From: Planctomycetota bacterium
Lineage (GTDB): Bacteria; Planctomycetota; B15-G4
Assembly: GCA_965248575.1 (NCBI GenBank)
Contig: CBDFJQ010000002.1
Coordinates: forward strand, 2,144,001-2,208,000
Direction: 5' to 3'
Length of the DNA stretch: 64,000 nucleotides
How positions within the stretch are numbered: the first letter of the stretch is position 1; every line of letters starts with the position of its first letter. The notes beneath the pieces were generated by a model. The model was not told where the DNA came from, did not search any database, and was given only the letters and a program-made list of their open reading frames with translations. Both the position numbers and the translations under genes were made by a program. Shown piece after piece: positions 47,990 to 57,035 of this stretch.

Positions 47990-49792
47990 ATGCACACCTC
48001 CCATCGACCCGTGTCTCTGACCCGGAGCTGCCTGATCCCTTGCTGCCTGACCCTGGTCTTCAGCTTCGTCATCAGTTCGACGGTCGAGGCCCAGGTGTCC
48101 GCGGACCAACCCCAGGACTATCAGGTGACGCGCTCCGCGCGAAAGGCTCTGGTGGGGATGAAGGCCACGGTGCTACACGGCGGCACGGCCAGCGCCTACC
48201 ACGTGCGCCTCGACGACGAGCAGCGGCAGCGCTTGCAACGCCTCGGCTTCGACGTGCAGCCCCTGCCCCCCGGGGAAGCAGACGAAGGCGTGCAGGAAGG
48301 TGGCTACACGTCCTATGCGCAAATGCGCAGCGACTTCGTGCAGTACGCCGCGACCTACCCGGACATCGCACGCTTCGTCGTCTTGGGCGAGACCGTCCAG
48401 GGTCGCGACCTCTTTGCACTGCGCATCACGGACAACCCCCAGAAGGAAGAAGCCGAACCCGAGCTTTTGTTCTGCGGCTCGATCCACGGCGATGAGTTCG
48501 CCAGTGGAGAGGTGCCCTACCTCTACGCCATGCGGCTGCTGGACGAGTACGGCAGCGACCCGGACATCACCGCCTGGGTGGACAGCACCGAGATCTGGTG
48601 CGTGCCCCTGGTGAACCCCGACGGGCACGCCAACGGCACCCGCAACAACGCCAACAACGTCGACCTCAACCGGGACTACGGGCATCAATGGGACGGTTGG
48701 GGCAACAGCCCCAGCGCCTACTCCCAGCCCGAGAGCAAGGCCATGCGCGCGTTCTTCCGGGCGAACAACTTCTCGCTCGTCGCGACGATGCACTGCACCG
48801 GCAACGTCCTGTTCTATCCATGGGGCTTCAGCCCGTGGAATGCCACGGACCTCTCGACCATCAACCGGGTCGGCCTGCGCTACACCCAAGCGGCGAACTA
48901 CGCCTTGAGCAACTCCTGGGCCGACTATGAGACCCATGGCGAGGTACTCGACGACATCTATGGCAGCCACGGCGCCCTCTGCTACACGGTGGAGATGAGC
49001 AACACCCTCGGAGCCTTGCCCACCACCTACACGCGCAACCGCGATGGCATGGATGCTTTCTGCGCCTCCATGAACGATGGCCTGCACATTGAGGTCACGG
49101 ATGCGCGCACCGGGCTTCCCCTGCGTGCAGCCATTCGCGTGTCCGGCAGCCAGGTTCCGAGCTTCACGGACCCCATCCGCGGTGATGCCCACCGCATCGT
49201 CCTGCCCGGGACCTACGAGGTCACGGTCTCGGCCAACGGCCACCGCTCCAGCGTGATCAGCAATGTCGTGGTGGCGGCTGGCGCACCGGCCCAACTGCAG
49301 GTTGCCCTCAAGCGCGGCGCCGGGGACACGGCCTTCGAGGTGGTGGCCGTGAACCAGCGCGACCCTCAGAACAACTTCGACAACGTCACCGCTCCCTTCC
49401 AGGCCTTGGGCCCGGCAGACGGCGTCCCCTGCTCCCTGGGCGCTGAGGGCTGGATCGTGCTCGACCTGGGCGCCGGGCACGAGGTGCACGATGGCCCAGG
49501 CGTGGATCTGCTGGTCACCGAGGCAGCCGTCCCTGGCGACATGCTGCCGGAGAACTACCAGGTCTTCGTGGGGGATGTGGACAGCCAGACCGTGTTGGTG
49601 GCCAGCGGCCAGGGCACAACGGGCTTCGATCTGGCAGGCACAGGCGTCAGCAGTGCACGCTTTGTCCGCATCGTGGATGCCTCCGGCGCTGCTCCAACGG
49701 GAGCCTATCCCGGCATGGATCTGGACGCAGTGCGGGTGCTCAACGGCCCGACACTCGTTCCGGACGATGCCGCCGCCAAGACGGCGCCCTAG
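47990..49792 (+). CDS. Secreted M14 zinc carboxypeptidase with C-terminal beta domains
   Basis: IHGDE (HxxE), VNPDG, DLNRDY, SQPE, H; GGAG RBS before ATG 47990. Confidence 0.88.
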   Translation: MHTSHRPVSLTRSCLIPCCLTLVFSFVISSTVEAQVSADQPQDYQVTRSARKALVGMKATVLHGGTASAYHVRLDDEQRQRLQRLGFDVQPLPPGEADEGVQEGGYTSYAQMRSDFVQYAATYPDIARFVVLGETVQGRDLFALRITDNPQKEEAEPELLFCGSIHGDEFASGEVPYLYAMRLLDEYGSDPDITAWVDSTEIWCVPLVNPDGHANGTRNNANNVDLNRDYGHQWDGWGNSPSAYSQPESKAMRAFFRANNFSLVATMHCTGNVLFYPWGFSPWNATDLSTINRVGLRYTQAANYALSNSWADYETHGEVLDDIYGSHGALCYTVEMSNTLGALPTTYTRNRDGMDAFCASMNDGLHIEVTDARTGLPLRAAIRVSGSQVPSFTDPIRGDAHRIVLPGTYEVTVSANGHRSSVISNVVVAAGAPAQLQVALKRGAGDTAFEVVAVNQRDPQNNFDNVTAPFQALGPADGVPCSLGAEGWIVLDLGAGHEVHDGPGVDLLVTEAAVPGDMLPENYQVFVGDVDSQTVLVASGQGTTGFDLAGTGVSSARFVRIVDASGAAPTGAYPGMDLDAVRVLNGPTLVPDDAAAKTAP

Positions 49793-49996
49793 GCCAACAC
49801 ACGGCCCCGAATGGCCAGCCAAGCGTCTACTGGCCGACGCGTCGGGAGACTCCCAGCGCCGGAGACTCTCATCACCCCCGCTCGCGGGGTAGCATGAATG
49901 GGTGGTGTTGGCTCCCGAATGCCCCTCCACCCAACTCTGCGGACCGAGTTCGCCGCTTACGACATCCCGCCCATGGACTCCCGCCAGGATTCCCCC

Positions 49997-51037
49997 ATGC
50001 GTTTCACTGCCAGCCTGCTCCTCGCTCTCACGTCGCTCGCCCTGCTCGCCCCAGGCAGCGACGCCCAGGTCATCACCCTGCCGCTGGCCGACTACAACGG
50101 CAGCCTCAAGCTCGGCATCGTCTGCAGCGACGGCAGCAAGAGCAAGCTGAAGACCAAGGGTGCCGTCACCATCGAGTCCCAGGTGGGCGCCAACTTCGTC
50201 GCCAGCGCCGAACTGCTCGGCAAGAAGTCGGGCGCAGACTGCACGGTGACTCTCGACCTCACAGGCGCCGTGAACATGTTCGGCCGCGTGCAAGGCACCT
50301 ACACCAGCAGCATCGCGTGCAGCGACGGCAGCATGTCCACCGGCTTCGGCACCTTCGACGGGCAGTACCTCCCCGGCAAGCTCGCCGTGAGCTTCGATGG
50401 TGAGGACGACGCGGGGCGCGGGGATGCCTGCATCGTCGTGGCGAAGTTCAAGGGCAAGGGCTCCCCCGGCAACGCACTCTGTGCGGCGCTCACCCAACGC
50501 GCCATCGGCAAGCTCAGCAAGCAGTTCTACGGCGCATGGTCGAAACGCATCAAGCTCGCGAACATCCCGGCCACGGTCCAGGTGTTGCAGGCGGCCATTG
50601 CCAAGGCCGAGGCCGGCTTCACCAAGGCCGCCACCAAGGCCCAGGCCAAGTCGGACAAAGCCGGGGGTACCTGCGCAAAGCCCCTCACCAACCCGGTCAT
50701 GCTGACCACCGCGCTCAAGAGCAGCACCATCGACCCCATGATCCAGGGCTTCAACGTCAATTCGCCCGGCGACCGTTTCGTGCGCGGCAAGATCGCCAAG
50801 ATGCAGGGCCAGTACTTCGTCTCCCGCCTCAAGGCTGAGACGGTCTTCGGCCTGAAGCTCAACCCCATCAAGTTGGCGGCGTCCTTGCAGAAGGCCCGGG
50901 ACAAGTTCGTGAACGACGTCACGAAGGTCCTGACCAAGGCCACGAACCAGGGCTTCAACTGGAACGGCATTGGCCCCCAGCTCATGGCCGACGACACCGA
51001 GACGCTCGTGGACCAGCTGGTCGTCTTCTACAAGTAG
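49997..51037 (+). CDS. Secreted hypothetical protein (beta-rich Cys-containing N-domain, Lys-rich helical C-domain)
   Basis: Signal peptide MRFTASLLLALTSLALLAPGSDA; strongly GC3-biased codons. Confidence 0.75.
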   Translation: MRFTASLLLALTSLALLAPGSDAQVITLPLADYNGSLKLGIVCSDGSKSKLKTKGAVTIESQVGANFVASAELLGKKSGADCTVTLDLTGAVNMFGRVQGTYTSSIACSDGSMSTGFGTFDGQYLPGKLAVSFDGEDDAGRGDACIVVAKFKGKGSPGNALCAALTQRAIGKLSKQFYGAWSKRIKLANIPATVQVLQAAIAKAEAGFTKAATKAQAKSDKAGGTCAKPLTNPVMLTTALKSSTIDPMIQGFNVNSPGDRFVRGKIAKMQGQYFVSRLKAETVFGLKLNPIKLAASLQKARDKFVNDVTKVLTKATNQGFNWNGIGPQLMADDTETLVDQLVVFYK

Positions 51038-51202
51038 GCGCGCCGAGGCGACGAGCCGCTCAGGCGCCACGCCAGGTGCGCCGCGGACAGCGGCCCGTGC
51101 GATCCGGTCCCGACCCGTGCTGCTCTGCACCTCGCAGCGAGGTCTCACAGGAATGCTCGCGAACGCAGACAGGGGACTTCTCGTGATGGCATCATCTGCG
51201 CC

Positions 51203-52174
51203 ATGAGCCTTCCCCCCGCCGAACCGCCGCAGGCCAGCGTCGAGCAGACCTCTCCCCCCGCGCTCTCCACGATGTCCTTCTCGGTCATCCTGGCCATCCT
51301 GCTAGGCATCTTCGTGTTCCTGCATCCGCTGTGGGAGCCCATGGCCATGGAGCAGATGGATGAGAACATCCTCTGGTCCTACTACCCCATCCCGCTGCTG
51401 GTGCTCGTCGGGCTGGCCCGGGAGCGCAAGCTCAATGGCATCTCCTGGGCGCTCGAGACCCTCAAGCTGACGCTGGTGAAGTTCGCCATCACCTTCCTGT
51501 TCGCCAACACCATGTGGGCCTACTTCACCGAGGCCCCGAGCGTGCAGCCCAGCGAGGCCCAACCCAGCCTCAGCTCCGCCGCTGAACACCCCTTCCACGC
51601 CCGCCAGCCACCAGAGGCCACAGCCCTCGATCCGCAAGACACCGGCCTCCTGAGCGGTCGTGTCCTGGACGCCTCCGGCTCCCCCCTCGCTGGCAGCCTG
51701 ATCTTCATTACCGAGGGCCTCGAAGGCACCACCTGGGCAGCGCCTGAACAGTCGGTGCATCTCGCCTTGGGCGCCTCCGGGTTCAGCCCCAGCTTCGACA
51801 TCGTCCAGACTTTCCAGACGCTGAGCTTGAGCTCGTCCGACGAGGCCATGCACACCGCGCAGGCCACAGGCAACGACGGCAAGATGCTCTTCAACTACCC
51901 CGTGCTCCCAGGCTCGGGCCGCGTGCTGATGTTCGATCATCAATTGGGCATGGTCGAGTTGAGCTGCCGCGCCCACGACACCGAACAGGCCCGGGTGCTG
52001 GTCCTGGCCCACCCCTTCTTCGCGCGTACGGACGCCAGCGGAACGTTCCGTTTTGAAGGCGTCCCGGCGGGGCCGTTGAGCCTGACCGTCGAACTTCCGA
52101 GCGGCGAGCTGGCAATGCGCGAGCTCGAACTGGCAGCTGGCAACCTGGAACCCATGGACTGGCAGCTCCCCTGA
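51203..52174 (+). CDS. Membrane protein with cupredoxin-like insert in a carboxypeptidase-regulatory-like domain
   Basis: Three N-terminal TMs; SGRV, FSP...V, D..MH, L.C.AH, HPFFA.TD..G.F.F..VP.G. Confidence 0.65.
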   Translation: MSLPPAEPPQASVEQTSPPALSTMSFSVILAILLGIFVFLHPLWEPMAMEQMDENILWSYYPIPLLVLVGLARERKLNGISWALETLKLTLVKFAITFLFANTMWAYFTEAPSVQPSEAQPSLSSAAEHPFHARQPPEATALDPQDTGLLSGRVLDASGSPLAGSLIFITEGLEGTTWAAPEQSVHLALGASGFSPSFDIVQTFQTLSLSSSDEAMHTAQATGNDGKMLFNYPVLPGSGRVLMFDHQLGMVELSCRAHDTEQARVLVLAHPFFARTDASGTFRFEGVPAGPLSLTVELPSGELAMRELELAAGNLEPMDWQLP

Positions 52175-52180
52175 GGTCCC

Positions 52181-53050
52181 ATGCGCGTCGTCTACATCCT
52201 CGCCGAGTACAGCCTGCACAACCAGATCGTGGCGGAGCATCTGGCCGCCCGACCGGACGACGAGATCTCGGTCATCAAGGTGCCGCTCGTGCTGCGTGGG
52301 CGAAGCCGTGGCGAGACCGCATCGCGCATCGTGCCCAAGCTCTCGCGTCGGTTCCTTGCGGGGAAGCTCGTGGAGGCGGCCGTGCTGCTGCTGGTCACGG
52401 CGATGCCCAAGCTGCTGGGGCGGGGCGCCGTGTTCCAGCGCCTGCGCACCATCGCCCGCAAACACCGCCTGCCCTTCCTGCGCACCGAAGACATCATGTC
52501 GTCGGAGGCCTTGGAGTTCATCCGGGACGCCCAGCCGGACGTCGTCACCACCTTGTTCCACCAGATCGTGCGCCAGGCGCTGATCGAGATCCCGCGCCTG
52601 GGAGTGATCAATGTGCACCCCGGCTTGATCCCGGACTATCGCGGCATCCAACCCTACTTCTGGGAGCTGAGCGAGGGCTCACCGCGCGCAGGTGCCAGCG
52701 TGCACTTCATCGAGGATGAGCGCGTGGATGCAGGGCGCCTGTTGGGACAGACGAGCTACCCCATCCAGCCGGGCATGAGTGTGCAGCTCAACTACTGGCT
52801 CACGTGCCGCGCGGCGGGCCGACTGCTGCCCAAGTGCCTTGATGCGTTGGAGGCCGACCGCCTGGACCCGCGTCCCCAGAACCCCGAGTCCGGGGCGTAT
52901 TGGCGCTGGCCAGACAGCGCGGCCTTCGAACGGCTCAAGCAACGAGGCCATTGCCTGATCTCCTGGCGGCAGCTGATGGCGCTGCTCATGGGGCGCCACG
53001 ACCAGCTGCAGGTGGAGGAAGTCCTGTCTCAGCGTGAGCAGGACACCTAG
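52181..53050 (+). CDS. Formyltransferase family protein
   Basis: INVHPGLIPDYRG..P.FW, G.SVHFI....DAG. Confidence 0.85.
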   Translation: MRVVYILAEYSLHNQIVAEHLAARPDDEISVIKVPLVLRGRSRGETASRIVPKLSRRFLAGKLVEAAVLLLVTAMPKLLGRGAVFQRLRTIARKHRLPFLRTEDIMSSEALEFIRDAQPDVVTTLFHQIVRQALIEIPRLGVINVHPGLIPDYRGIQPYFWELSEGSPRAGASVHFIEDERVDAGRLLGQTSYPIQPGMSVQLNYWLTCRAAGRLLPKCLDALEADRLDPRPQNPESGAYWRWPDSAAFERLKQRGHCLISWRQLMALLMGRHDQLQVEEVLSQREQDT

Positions 53051-53170
53051 CGCACCGGATCCTCCAGAAGGACGACACCAGGCGTCCGCGGCCCCAGCTG
53101 GTGCTGCCCCCGGCCTGGGTCATCTGCCAGCCACTCGACGACGTGTGCTCCAATCCGGAGTCTGCACGGC

Positions 53171-55474
53171 ATGAAGACTGCCGACCCTGCCCGTCTCAGC
53201 GGCTCAGGCACCGTGAGCCTGTGGTCCGCCCTCGCTCTCCTGTTGCTGGGGGCATGCTCGCTGCCCACGACCTCCGCTGCCCCGGCGCTCTTGCCCAGCA
53301 TGCGTTGGAGCGCGGCGGCGCCCGTCACGCAACAAGGCACGCAACAAGGCACGCAACAAGACGCTCCCGAAGAGGACGTCCACATCCCCCTCTGGCCGCT
53401 CATGGAATGGAGCACCAAGGCGGACGGCTCGGAGCACCTCTCGGCGCTCTTCCTGTTTGACCACGAGACCGGGCCCAACGGCGAGACCGAGCACCTGCGC
53501 ATCGTCAACTGGATGACGGGGCCGGGCTACACCCTCTTCATCCCGCTCTACTACAACCTCGGGCCCGAGGGGGAGCGCGACACGGGCATCTTTCCCATCT
53601 TCCTCTGGGGGCCGGGCTACGGCGTGGCTCCACTCTTCCTCTCCTGGTGGTGGGAGGATCCAGACGGTTCGAGCGCCACGTGGATCACTCCGCTCTACCA
53701 CCACACGCGCAACACCGAAGGCGAGATCGTCGGGCAACACCTGCTCACCTACTACCGCGGCGAAGATGGTTGGGTGGCCTTCCCCCTGGCCTACATCATC
53801 GGGCCCGAGGGAGAGGAAGACCGCGGCCTGTTGCTGCTCTATCACGACGGCCCGGGCTACTGGGTCTCGCCTGTCTTGTTGAGCGGCGCCTTCCAGAACA
53901 CCTTCGGCGGGCGGAGCACCTGGATCACGCCCCTGTATCACAGCGCCACCAACGGCGAAGAGGTGGTCGAGCGGCACGTCCTCACCTACTTCGAGGGGCC
54001 GGGCTACAGGGTGTTGCTGCCCATCGGCTACGACATTGGCCCGCCCGAGGACCGGCACCGGGGCCTGCTCTTGGCGTATCACGACGGCCCCGACTACCGC
54101 ATGTCGCCGCTCTTGCTGAGCGGGCAGTTCGGCTTGGACACCGACACCCCCAGCACTTGGATCACGCCCCTCGTCCATTGGACAGACAGCCCCGACGGCG
54201 TGCGGGACTTCCACATCCTCACGTACTTCCAGGGGCCGGACTACAAGGTGTTCTTCCCGCTGGCCTACAGCTACGGCCCCGAGGGACAGAAGAAGCGCGG
54301 GCTGATTCCGTTCTGGTTCTCCGACGACGAATTCTGGGCCGTGCCCGTAGCCCTCTCGGGCGGTTGGCTGAACCCGGATGGTGGCTGGAGCAACTGGATC
54401 ACTCCCCTTTTCCATCATCGCGACAACCCCAACGGCCAGGACAGCTATCACGCGTTGCTGTGGTTCGAGGGGCCCGACTACCAGGTGCTGTTCCCACTTT
54501 GGTACCGCTACGACGACAACGCTGACGGCGGCTGGGGTCTCTTCCCCTTGTGGCACCAGGAGGCCAACGCCTGGGCCAGCCCGGTCTTGCTGTCCGGACA
54601 CGGGGAGAACGGCTACGGCGGCAGCACCACCTGGATCACGCCCTTGCTGCACTGGTCCACCGACAGCGACGGCCTGCGCGACTTCCACTTCGCCAACTAT
54701 TTCCAGGGACCCGACTACAAGGTGTTCTTCCCCTTGGCGTGGAGCGTTGGCTCAGGGGAACAGCGCTCGCGAGGCATCTTCCCGCTCTACATGGAGGGAC
54801 CGGACTACGGTACCAGCCCGCTGCTCTTGTCCGGCTGGTGGACGGCGGAGGACGGCGACACGTCCACTTGGATCACGCCCTTCTACCACCACACCTATGG
54901 GCCGCCGCTGCCAACCGAGGTCAGCTCCGAACTCGCATCCGAGGCGACGCTCGATCCGAGCACAGCGCAAGCGGAGGTCCTGCGCAGCCGGCATTTCTTC
55001 AACTGGTACCAGAGTGAAGACCTCTCCACCTTCTTCCCGCTGTACTGGAATTACAGCACCGACGAGGGCCACCGCCGCAACATGCTGCTGCCCTTCTTCT
55101 GGCAGACCGATTACGCGGACGGAGATTCGGTGACCTCCATCCTTCCGCCGCTGATCGCCTCACGCAGCGGCGCTGAACTCAACACGGAGCTGCCCTACCA
55201 GTTCATTCCCTTCTCCTATCAAGAGGCGGGTGAGGAGGGGCAGGACTGGGAGTTCAATTTCCTGTGGCGGCTGTTCCACCTGCGCCAGCAGGGCGACGTG
55301 AAGACCACGACCATCGGGCCGCTGTGGTACTCCGAGAGCAAGCCTGGGCTGCCGACGGACTACAAGATCCTCGGCGGCCTGTTCGCCCGCGACGTCTTCG
55401 AGACGCGCGGCACCGTTCGCTACCGGGCCCTCTGGTTCCTGAGCTTCGGCGAAGAAGAGCTCAGTAAATGGTGA
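53171..55474 (+). CDS. Aromatic-rich repeat lipoprotein of unknown function
   Basis: Lipobox LLGAC; six ~79-aa repeats marked by WITP. Confidence 0.8.
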   Translation: MKTADPARLSGSGTVSLWSALALLLLGACSLPTTSAAPALLPSMRWSAAAPVTQQGTQQGTQQDAPEEDVHIPLWPLMEWSTKADGSEHLSALFLFDHETGPNGETEHLRIVNWMTGPGYTLFIPLYYNLGPEGERDTGIFPIFLWGPGYGVAPLFLSWWWEDPDGSSATWITPLYHHTRNTEGEIVGQHLLTYYRGEDGWVAFPLAYIIGPEGEEDRGLLLLYHDGPGYWVSPVLLSGAFQNTFGGRSTWITPLYHSATNGEEVVERHVLTYFEGPGYRVLLPIGYDIGPPEDRHRGLLLAYHDGPDYRMSPLLLSGQFGLDTDTPSTWITPLVHWTDSPDGVRDFHILTYFQGPDYKVFFPLAYSYGPEGQKKRGLIPFWFSDDEFWAVPVALSGGWLNPDGGWSNWITPLFHHRDNPNGQDSYHALLWFEGPDYQVLFPLWYRYDDNADGGWGLFPLWHQEANAWASPVLLSGHGENGYGGSTTWITPLLHWSTDSDGLRDFHFANYFQGPDYKVFFPLAWSVGSGEQRSRGIFPLYMEGPDYGTSPLLLSGWWTAEDGDTSTWITPFYHHTYGPPLPTEVSSELASEATLDPSTAQAEVLRSRHFFNWYQSEDLSTFFPLYWNYSTDEGHRRNMLLPFFWQTDYADGDSVTSILPPLIASRSGAELNTELPYQFIPFSYQEAGEEGQDWEFNFLWRLFHLRQQGDVKTTTIGPLWYSESKPGLPTDYKILGGLFARDVFETRGTVRYRALWFLSFGEEELSKW
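53326..53360. repeat. 12-bp in-frame tandem repeat (TQQG x3)
   Basis: CACGCAACAAGG x~3. Confidence 0.8.
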
Positions 55475-56921
55475 TCTTGCCGGCCTTGCTGAACGCCCAG
55501 CCGCCACTGTTGGGCGCCCCGGGGTCCTTGACCAACCACTGCACCCAGTAGTCGCCGTACTGCGCGTTGGCGGGGATCGGCAAGGACAGCTCCGCGTTGC
55601 CATTGGCATCCACAGCTGCACCGAACAGGAAGTCGGCCGACACGTAGAGGTCGGCGTTGGGTGCCCCGATGCTGCCCATGTTCAGCGGCAACTGGCTCAG
55701 CCCCCATTGCGTGTTGCTGTTGCCCACCACGAGCCAGGCCGAGCTGTTGGGGCGGGCGTTCGTGAGGCGCATGGCGAAGCGTGCGTTGCCCGGCGTGGCG
55801 GGGCCATAGGACCACCAGATCTCCGGCTCTTCACCATTCGTGCCGTCGGAACCCTCACCGAAGCCCGGGAAGAAGTCGATGGCGTAGACACCCTTGAGTC
55901 CGGCTGCGGTGTCGTTCATCTGGTTCACGTAGACCGCATCGTGATCCGGGATGCTCTCCCAGGCGTCCGAATAGGTGCTGCCCGTGTTGAGGCGGTTGTT
56001 GTCCCAGACACCCACTTCGACCGGGTTGTTGGTGTCCGAGAGATCGAGCACCCGCAGCTGCTCCTTGTAGTAGGCCACGTAGGCGTACATGCCCTTCACC
56101 TCGAGATTGTGCACCGAGGTGCTCGTGTCCGCCGTCTGGTAGGAGGAGAGGAAGGTCGGGTTCGCCGGGTCATCCACGTTGAACAAGTTGACGTGACCGC
56201 CGCCCTGCTCATCACAGGTCAGGAGTACCCGCTCGCCGTTCGGGCGCGTGAACAGGGCGCTCTGGTGGTTGCCCTGGGGCAAGGTCCCCAGCTGGATCAC
56301 GTTGCCAGGGTCCGACACATCCAGGATGCGCGTCGGATTCGTCTGGAAGCCATTGACGTAACAGATGTCCCCGTCGGGCCGGCTGTCGTGGGCGTAGCCT
56401 GACCAGAAACCCAACTGCACCGGATTGGTGGGGTCCTGGGTCAGGTCGTAGATGAGCATGCTGCTCGAACGGTTCATGTAGAGCCGCCCGTTGGTCTGGT
56501 CGATGCGCAGGGTGTGTGCGCTGGCCGTGATGGATCCCACGATCTGCGGGTTGGCCACATCCGTGAGGTCAATGATGGTCAGCGGCGTGCTGTCGGAGGT
56601 GGTGTAGGCGTAGTTCTGCCAGACCTGCACCTTGCGGTAGGTGCCCGGGACATTGCTCACCAAGACCGGGTTGCTCGTGTCCGACATATCGATGATCGCC
56701 ATGCCATTGAAGCCCCGGGTCTGCAGGCAATACTGCTTGCCACCCGCCTCGTAGGCCCAGAGCCCCTTGGTCTTGTCGCTGCCAGGCAAGGAGACGAAGC
56801 CACGCTCCATGGTGTTCGTGCGCAGGATCTGCGCCCCGGCATCCGGTTGCCCCGCCAGCAGGACAGCAGCAGCAAGGGCGGGAAGCAAGGCGACGCGCAG
56901 TCGCGGCAGCAGATTCACCAT
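55461..56921 (-). CDS. Secreted LVIVD-repeat / choice-of-anchor B-like protein with conserved C-terminal domain
   Basis: Repeated (I/L)(I/L)D(L/V)(S/T)D..NP..(V/L)G; YAHD, VHN; signal peptide. Confidence 0.82.
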   Translation of the reverse strand: MVNLLPRLRVALLPALAAAVLLAGQPDAGAQILRTNTMERGFVSLPGSDKTKGLWAYEAGGKQYCLQTRGFNGMAIIDMSDTSNPVLVSNVPGTYRKVQVWQNYAYTTSDSTPLTIIDLTDVANPQIVGSITASAHTLRIDQTNGRLYMNRSSSMLIYDLTQDPTNPVQLGFWSGYAHDSRPDGDICYVNGFQTNPTRILDVSDPGNVIQLGTLPQGNHQSALFTRPNGERVLLTCDEQGGGHVNLFNVDDPANPTFLSSYQTADTSTSVHNLEVKGMYAYVAYYKEQLRVLDLSDTNNPVEVGVWDNNRLNTGSTYSDAWESIPDHDAVYVNQMNDTAAGLKGVYAIDFFPGFGEGSDGTNGEEPEIWWSYGPATPGNARFAMRLTNARPNSSAWLVVGNSNTQWGLSQLPLNMGSIGAPNADLYVSADFLFGAAVDANGNAELSLPIPANAQYGDYWVQWLVKDPGAPNSGGWAFSKAGKITIY

Positions 56922-57035
56922 GGTCGAAGCACTCCGGGCGACAGGGCTTGGGCGCGGCCTGATTGGGCACGCCGAGCGGACCACGGTAACCCCAGTCGCT
57001 GGAGCCGCACAGAGTCCAAGAGCCGCGAATTCCCT

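Noticed and set aside
48173..51148. 991-aa minus-strand ORF (and similar long antisense ORFs such as 9095-11101 and 3600-5066)
   Set aside because: Shadow ORFs of GC3-biased real genes on the opposite strand; no recognisable motifs
53600..54900. Regularly spaced DNA repeats as a CRISPR array
   Set aside because: Degenerate at synonymous sites, 237-nt period, inside a coding frame, and no cas genes
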